A stretch of 64,000 nt of DNA from the human T2T-CHM13v2.0 reference genome, Homo sapiens, in assembly GCF_009914755.1 (NCBI RefSeq), contig NC_060936.1; one strand, 5' to 3'. The position numbers and the translations under genes were made by a program. Below are positions 55,721 through 64,000 of this stretch, one piece after another. The notes beneath the pieces are model-generated. The model made no database searches. It was not told where the DNA came from and saw nothing but the letters and a program-made list of their open reading frames with translations. Within the stretch, counting starts at the first letter, position 1. Each line of letters opens with the position of its first letter.

Positions 55721-55989
55721 ATAAGCTGCATCAGGAAAATGCAAAGCTTTCTGCAAACACATGAGAGTGAATGACAGCTGAAACAGCAATGGCTTTATAT
55801 AGGAGGTGATGCATAAGATACTCTGAGTGACTTTGGGGTTATGTTAGGTGTTCAGTTCATTCATTAATGAAAGCATCTCTTTTTAAAAATCTAAGTCTCC
55901 AACAATGATATGTGTTTGGTTCAGAAGGCCAGCACTCCTGGCAAATTTGGAAGCTGAACAAAATCATTCCCGTCTTACTAGGATTCCTG

Positions 55990-58765
55990 ACACGTAGTGC
56001 AACCACCTACATGGCAGATCTATTTAGAAGCCTGAAAGACATCTCAAACTCACCACATTCAAACTGAACTCATCTTCATCAACATATGTAGTCCTTCCCT
56101 AGTGTCTTCAATCTTGGTGAATGATTGCACCATTCATCTAATTTTGTTATCTAGAAACCTGGGAGTTATACTTGTTTCATATGTCTCTCATTTTTAATCT
56201 CAAATTCAGAATATATGTCTTAATAAAATTTTTAACTCATAAATATCTTTTGAATATGTTTACTTTTCTCTGTCTACATTGCAGCACCATAGTTCAAATC
56301 AACTTGCCTTCTCAAATCTATTATCCTTAACTTGACTTTCAAGTCCATGCATTATCTGGCCCTACGTATTCACCAGCCTCATTTATCATATTGTTCCTTT
56401 GTTCTGATACTCTGGCCATATTGGCCTTTTTTCAGGTTTTTAATATTCCAGATTTTTTTCTGCCTCAGGATCTTAACACATGCTGGTTATGATGTTGGAG
56501 TGCTTTCTTTTCTCTTTTATCTGGTTAAATTCTATGCAGCCTTCAGATCTCAATATAGGTATCAACTATTCAGGGAAGATATTTTTGACTCTTCAGAATC
56601 ACTCAGAACTTTGCATTGTACCTCCTCATAGTGACCTGTATTTTCCCTTTACAGAATTTATCAATTTATCATTATATATGATTATGTATTTATTTGGGTG
56701 GTTATTTGATTAGTAACTTCTTCCCCAACCAGATTTGGAGTTTCAACAAAACAGGCATGATTTTTCCTCATCCATGTGGACCAGAGCCTCACAAATAGTA
56801 ATTAGTCATTACATTGCATTCCTGCCTCAGATCCTTTGTTCTTCCCCTTCCCACTGGATGGAATGCACTTCCTCTGTATTCTCTTTTGATTACTTCTTCA
56901 AACCTTTTGTGTGTTTACTCAATTTTTGTGTGGTCTTTCCTGACCAGTCTTGTAGTACATTTATATCTCCTCCCACTTCCCTAACATCTTTCTTCTTATC
57001 ACTTATCACTCTTTGAATACAGTTTTTAAATAAATAAATTTATTTATTTATTGCCTCCCTTTGATCATTAGACTGTAAATTCCATGATAACAGAGATTTT
57101 TATATTTTTTACTTCCTGATCTCCGAATGCCTAAAACAACACATATTTGTTGTTCCATAAATATTTGTTGAGTCAATGAATAAATGAACTGTGAATTGTC
57201 TCTCCATTAATTAGAACAGCTCTATGCATCTCATCCAATGAAAAAAATATTAATTTACCAGTCTTAACAATTTGCATAGAGATGACAAGCTTATACCTTT
57301 AAAGTGCATGTAGGAAATTTTCTTTTTTTTTGTAGACTAAGTTATAATTTACAATAAGAAGGCCAAAATGACTAATTTGTCTATTATACCATACTTGGAA
57401 ACTTAAACTTTCTAGTGAAAGGGTTATATTTATTATAAAAATAATTTTCAGCTTAGCTATTTTCTGTCATCATCCAATCACCTTCATCCTACTGAATTTT
57501 CCTCCTAACTATTGCTAATTTGTTTCTCTAATCTCACACTAATTATTGTAAGAAAAAAAACAAACCTTTTTCCAACTGGCTTTTCTACCTTACAGTCCTG
57601 CTTTCTTCCAACTCATCTTCCTCACAGTCACCTAAGTCACTGAACACAAATGTGATCAGATTATTCTTCTGATTGACATACACATGCAGCTTCCTCAAAA
57701 TTAGAAAACAAAAGGAAATGCCTCTCATTCCTATATACCCATTATAATTGACTTTGCTTGGCTCGTCACAGTACTTGTCACCCCCAAATACTTCCCTCCT
57801 GTCCCTCTCCATGAACAACTGCTACCCTTAACTACATCAATTTTATATCGCTCCCTTCATTTCTAATTTATTTTTTAGGTCTGTTTCTCAAAGAAATTTT
57901 TCCCAACCCATCTCTGTAGTTCAAAGCTTATGTAATACTCTCAGCATATTTCCAGCATTACATTTGTCATGTTGTTTTAGGATTATTGTTCATAGAGCCA
58001 CCCCCTTTTGGTTTTGAACTCGCTGGGTTTAAAGATTGTGTCTTATTCTTTGTATTCCCATTTACTGGAGGAATGTCTGGCACATAACAGACATTATCGA
58101 ACCTTGTTGAATAAAAAGAGAATGAGTATATTTAGCCTTGATGGGGGAAAACTTCTAAAATATGCACAGAAATCAGGCATTTTCTAACTGTGTTTGTAAA
58201 GCTAAACTTGATTATATCACTAGCCATTTATGCTTTGGGGAGAGTAAGCTTCATGCAGTCTAGGGAAACCAAGTAACCTTCGCTTGGTAATTTTCCTTTC
58301 AAAAGAAGAAAAGAGGAGAGGAGATGAGGAGAGGACAGAGGAAGGGAAAAGATAGAAAAAAAAAGAGGAGATAAAAGAAGAAGAGTACCAGCTCTCTTTG
58401 AGAAGCTGATTCTAGGGCTCATCTTTGACAAGAGAAATGTTAAGATGATTTTTTTGGCTTGCTAAACTTGACTCATCCCTCAGGCATCTGCTTAAATCAG
58501 AGAGGATACTTCTGATCTCTCAATGACAATTTTGTCTCCCATTATATTTCCCATAGCACCCTGTATTTTTTTATAACATTTGCACAATTTGCAATTATAT
58601 ATTTATTTATTATACTATTCATTAAATGCCAGGAGAAGCCACTAAGAACATAAACCATAAGAGGTCGGGGGCCATGTATGCTCTATGGAAGCAGCCACAA
58701 TGCCAGTTACACTCAACACCTGACACATAGTAGATGTTCAAAAAACGTTTGCTGAATGAATGGGG
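55990..58765 (+). mobile_element. Cluster of L2 fragments (several 3' ends)
   Basis: catctcaaactcaccacattcaaactgaactc; ataaatatttgttgagtcaatgaataaatgaa (~57160-57190); cctgacacatagtagatgttca...gctgaatgaatg (~58720-58762). Confidence 0.65.
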
Positions 58766-61464
58766 AGATGATAAGATGCATAGGCGATTGACTGAACTTT
58801 AAATAGATGCTTTCTTTATCCCCTAATCTTTAAAGAAGTATGAAGTTTTCTGTATTGGGGAGGAAACAGAAAATAATATTGTAGTCTGGTATATTTGAGG
58901 GAGGATGAGCAGGCTTGGTTAAAATAGAAAGCTGAGCTTTCCACAGTGATTGGATCCAATCTGAATACAAATTTAATCACTCTATGAGTGTATCTACTAT
59001 CATTAGACACTAAAATTGTAAATTCAGCAATGTAATATGGCTGACTCTTTAAAAATAAATTTTTATTATTTATATCTGAGAGTAAATATTCAGTTTTTTC
59101 ATATTATAGTAGTATGAATAATTTGCTTTCCAAAATTCCTCCAGAACTGCCAAGAATTGGCAAACTCTGCGTGGTAGAGAGATTTGAACAAATAATTGCA
59201 ACAAAATGAAAATATTTCGGTAAACCCTAAGTAGACATTAAGTTTGAAAATATTGAAAACTTAAACGATTTTAAAGAAGAAATATATTTATAAATTCATA
59301 TCTCATAGGTGAGGGTACTGATGAGACTAAATTTAGTTGACAGAAATCTGAAGTGAATGTAGAGAAGTGCTTTAAATATATATTGCTAAAATTTTAACCT
59401 TGAGTTTTTATCCAATTGTTTTGATAATCTCTTTTCTCTGAATCATGGCATCATAGATTTTTTTTTCTTGTTTGCTTCTTTTCTTTGTAATGGGAACAGT
59501 CTGTGATCTTACATCCTCTGGGTGTGAAAACACATTTTCAGAAACTACCTAAAAAAGTGCAGTGAAAAATAAATCTTCTAGCTAAAGATAAAGTAGAGAT
59601 TGTTACTGAAATACAAGGTCATATGATTTTTTAAAAAAATATCTTATTACTTGATTACCCAGTTGAGAATAACTATGTCAAAAAATCTCTGAGATTCTAT
59701 GTGTGTATTTCTGTAATTTCTTCGAACAGTAATACACTAAATTATAATGTTATAACAGTGAACAATTGATGTTTATTGACACAATGCAAAAAATAAGATT
59801 GAGTTAAGTCCTCTATGATTGCAGGAACCATTTCTATATTGTTTGCAATTTTTTCCCCAGTACCGACCTAGCAATACATGGCACATACTAAGTAGTACTT
59901 AAAAATCTTTGGTGGATATCACTGAAGTATCATCCTTCTTGATTTTTTCATTCGTTTCTCACTCACTTATATATTTCTTTTGAATAAGTGTAATACTTTA
60001 ATGTGTGGTTTTGGTAATAAGTCTTCATGAACTGATATTAGATGTAGTCAAGTCTTCTCTTCCAAGGTGAAATATGACTTTCTTTCTTTTCTCAGTCTTT
60101 GCTTCCCTAGATTAAATCACCAGGTAGCTCACTGTTAAGTTTCAAATAAAATATGGTAATTTAAATGCTCATTTTGTCATGGACAATTAAGAGTGAAGAG
60201 ATGATGTGTAATAATATATTCCAATTTCTCTTTAATGGGACCAACTAATGTTTTGGATTATTTGAGCCAATGTTACCTATCTCTGAAACAGATAATCATT
60301 CTTGACTTTCTCTTTTCCCTTTCACTTTCTCTCCACCTTTTCTTCTTTCTCTATTTTTAACCACTTCTTCAGTTATATTATAAATCTCTATGGCATCCAA
60401 AGTGCGAAGGGGTTCTGTCACTGAAAAAGTTATTCCTTCTGTAAATATATTCAATGTATACTTAATACTATACACATGAAAGTGATATTTTTAAGAAAAT
60501 TATGATTCATTTCTAGTAAAGAGAAATATTTTAAAGGAAATATTTTAGCTTGTTTTTTAAATAAAAATAATTTTCTAAATAAAAAATTATTCCATAAAAT
60601 TATTTAAAATACTCAAATAATCTAATAATATATAAATGGAAAAATTAGTCTTTTTTCAGACACTGTTTTCTTTCAGTCAGCCACTGTTACCAATCTCTTA
60701 TATTCTCTAACAGAAATATTTAAAGCCCCTAACAGAAATATTGCATTTGCAAACATCACATTTAAAATCAACATTCCATGATATACACAACGGTCTATAC
60801 ATTTTCAGTTAGATTATTTTATTTATGTTGGATTAGATATTACTTTATACAATCTACAGTGATTTTTAGATGTATAGTTATATATTTTATATATTAGGAA
60901 TAGCTATATCTACTGCTTTTGGTTAATGCAGCATTAAGTAATTGTGTGAAACATGTTAATTTGAAGTGATTTTTTACTCTAAGCTAATTCAGTTTGATAA
61001 TTTAGTTTTTTTCTAGTAAAATTTGTGATGACAGTAACAATGAACATAAGGTGTACTAAAGGATTTATAGATTGATCATGTCTAAAGATTTTTGTAAATG
61101 TTCCACTTCTTTCATACTGCAAAGTATCCTTGTGTTAACATATTTTATAACATCTTGTTTGTTTAATATTTTCATTAATAATTGATTCTCTTTATCATAA
61201 TCTTAGAATATTTTAATGTTTGCATTTCTATATACATTCAGACATTATAAATAAAATTTTATAATTATATTTAATATATCTTTGGTTTGGGGCTGCAATT
61301 GTTGAGTTTAAGAATATTAAAGCTTTTCAAAATGTAAACTTGTTAAGAATGAGCTTGCACATGTTAGCTACATGTAAAATCTTTTTAAAACAAAAAGAAA
61401 AAATATGGAATCTGTCTGAAGAAATATGAAGTTTTAAAAGTGTTTATAAAATTTGGCAAATTTA

Positions 61465-61700
61465 ATAATAATAGTTTATATGTATAGAGTTTTCATTACA
61501 TACCAGGTGCTATTTTAACTGTTTTTGTATATTGCTTATTTAATACTTACTTCAAAACCTCTGTGAACTATTATCATGCTTATTTTGGAAATAAGAAAAT
61601 TGAGGCACAGAGAAATGATACTATTTGCTTTTAGGTCATAGCTGTTAAATGTTCGGGGATTTGGATTTCAATCCACTAGTATCTAGATGATTTATTACTT
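61465..61700 (-). mobile_element. MIR
   Basis: ccaggtgctatttt...ataagaaaattgaggcacagagaa...aggtcatagctg. Confidence 0.7.
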
Positions 61701-61804
61701 CATTAATTCAAAAATCTCTGAGCATTCATTCAAAATGTTTCAGTATTAATAAGTTATTTACCCTCAAATAACTTACCTTTCAGTGGGGGCAGAAAAATAA
61801 GTGG

Positions 61805-62010
61805 AGAAAGGAAGGAAGGCAGGAAGGGAAGAGTGAGAAGAAAGGGGGAAGGAGGGAAGGGAAGGAAGGAGGGAAGGAAGGAGAGAAGAAAGGAGAGAGG
61901 GAGGGAAGAAGGAAGGAAAGAAGGAAGGAGGGAAGGAAGAAAGGAAGGAAGGAACGAAGGAAGGAAGGAAGGGAGGGAGGGAGGAAGGGAAGGAAGGGAG
62001 AGAGAAGGAG
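61805..62010 (+). repeat. (GGAA)n/(GGGA)n purine microsatellite inside an antisense L2
   Basis: gaaggaaggcaggaagggaag...ggaaggaaggaagggagggagg. Confidence 0.95.
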
Positions 62011-62069
62011 GACAGGTGCTATTAATAAGCTTTATTTTCATGATTGCTATCAAAAAAATAAAAATAAAA

Positions 62070-62490
62070 AACAAGGAAAGAGAGTAGAGAGTGCCAAGTT
62101 GGGAATATGAAGACAGAATACATTTTTAAATAAGATTGTCACTGAAAATCACATTTCACCACAGATCTGGAAGAGGTGAGGAATTAAGCTAGGGTTAAAG
62201 ATCAGGCCATGCCTGGTGATTTCAAAGAAAGCAAGGCGTCCACGTGGGCCAGGTGCTGCAGGCTGAGGGAGCACTGAAAGCTTTTTTTCTGAGAGGGAAC
62301 ACAGGGCCAGATGGTGTAAGGCCCTGGGGTGACTATGGTTTTTATTTGGAATGAGAGGTGAAACCAGTAAAGGATTTTGAGCATATGAGTAACACATCCA
62401 ACTTTGATATTTTTAAGGATCATTGAGAATAAAATATTCTTGCTAGAATAGACTGAATAGGGCCAAGGGTGGAAACAAGAAGGGAATTTG
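62070..62490 (-). mobile_element. L2 fragment
   Basis: gatctggaagaggtgagg...aaggattttgagcatatgagtaacacatcc. Confidence 0.5.
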
Positions 62491-63633
62491 GACTTTGTTG
62501 GCCTATGATGGAAGCAAAATACATATCTATTTTATGTATTTCCTAGATTTTGTGACCTCTAAGTACATTAAGATAGCAGTGGAAAGCTCAGAAATACATT
62601 CCTATCCATTTTTTATAAGAAATGGAGTTTAACTTCCCTCATACTTGGTAGGGCTTATCATAACACTAATTTTTTTAACATGTTATATGTACTTCCTCAG
62701 CCACTTTGCCAGCTAATTTATTATCCTGGGGCAAGTAAATAAAAGTTGGGCTAACTTCAAGGCATCTAGGAAAATAGCAGAAAAATATCTTTTTATTTTT
62801 TTCTATGATTGAAAGACTAATGCATTCACAAACGTCAGAGAATGAGAAGCATTAAGGGTTCATGAATATAGAGTGAGTGCAATTGGTTCTAAAAGCTATC
62901 CTCCTCAAAATTCCTGGATTGGTATTGCTTTTCAAGTAAGTTATTTTGAGACAAAATGGTTTTGCTTTTCAATATTTACATTTAATTTCATTTTAAACAA
63001 AAACAGATTGATACCAACATTCACAGGGATACCTACTGTGCTGAAGGCTGATTTTGACAGTTGTAAGATAATACATGCAATTCTTTGAAATTAATCATCA
63101 CCTAAATGTTGCTTATTATAGACAAATACATAGCAACAAATTTAGAATTAAAAGATGTTTGTAACCATATGCCTGTGATGATCTATATTTTAATCAGTAC
63201 ATACTCCTGATGTTTTTAATACACAGTCAGCAAGTATTTACCTATTGCCTGCTCTGAGATGAGCATTCAGCCACATTTGAATAATGTTTTGAAAGGTTTG
63301 GGTTGTTTTCAGGGAGAATATAAAGTAAACAGCCAAGAAAGACCCACAAAATGCTTTTGGAGAAAAGTGTATGATAGTGCGTTATTTATTGCTCAAATAA
63401 AGACAATGGATATTTAAATAAAAGCCATGGGAAATAAGCTGATACAAGCTATATGGGGTTAAGTCATTCAACACATTTTCATGATCTATATTTAGGCATG
63501 AGATTAAACTGGAAGCCCCACCAGTCAGTGTAGGATAGAGTGCCAGTTTATGTATGAAGTTTTAGAAGGAATATTTTTCTTTGAGATTAAGGAAATAATG
63601 GTATCCCATGATACTTGCACTTTCTACCTTTTA

Positions 63634-64000
63634 CAGTAGTCCTCCTTACCCACGATTTCACTTTCTGTGGTTTCAGTTACCCATGGCCAACCATGGTCTG
63701 AAAATATTAAATGGAAAAATTCCAGAAATAAACTATTTGTATGTTTTAAAATGCATGTTGTTTTGAGTAGCATGATGAAATCTCACGCCATCCTACTCCA
63801 TCCTGCCCAGGACATGAGTCATCTCTTTGTCCAGTATCTCGATGCTGTGTTATCCACCCGTTAGTCACTTAGTAGTCCTGGCAGTTGTCACACTGACTAT
63901 CGGTATTACAGTGATTGTGTTCAAGTAACCCTTATTTTACTTAATAATGGCCCAAATGCACATGAGTGTGGATGCTGGCAATTCGGATATGCCAAAGAGA
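63634..64000 (+). mobile_element. MER44/Tigger7-family DNA transposon, runs off the window end
   Basis: TA|cagtagtcctccttacccacg...ggtctgaaaatattaaatggaaaaattccagaaataaac...gttcaagtaacccttattttacttaataatggccc. Confidence 0.85.

Larger units (their letters stand above)
41585..64000 (+). other. SYT1: 5' part of a long first intron
   Basis: Follows the donor at 41584; AT-rich, no convincing coding exon to the window end. Confidence 0.55.

Noticed and set aside
39145-62087. Leu/Phe-rich, Tyr/Ile-rich and Arg/Glu/Gly-rich ORFs (39145, 52982, 53088, 61754, 61833)
   Set aside because: Translations of simple repeats

Overview
AT-rich primate (almost certainly human) genomic DNA with no supportable protein-coding exon. 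Positions 1-39900 are intergenic and repeat-dense: L1PA/L1M, Alu, MIR, L2, a full-length Tigger1 and an L1-mobilised HERV-H retrocopy. A CpG-island promoter at ~40000-41960 carries non-coding first exon(s) on the + strand, with donors after 40811 and 41584. It is followed by >22 kb of a long first intron. From memory the exon sequence and layout resemble the 5' end of SYT1 (synaptotagmin-1); this is unverified and needs BLAT. I found no new multi-gene system. The most notable observations are: (1) a 5'-truncated, polyadenylated, TSD-flanked processed HERV-H copy that keeps its LTR7 U3 promoter; (2) a possible hybrid first/internal exon whose acceptor region can be masked by a 12-bp stem, with a spliced uORF running through it; (3) an inverted CCAAT-box pair; (4) a perfect 68-bp AT-rich palindrome in the intron. 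Repeat subfamily calls are by eye, and boundaries of old repeats are approximate.
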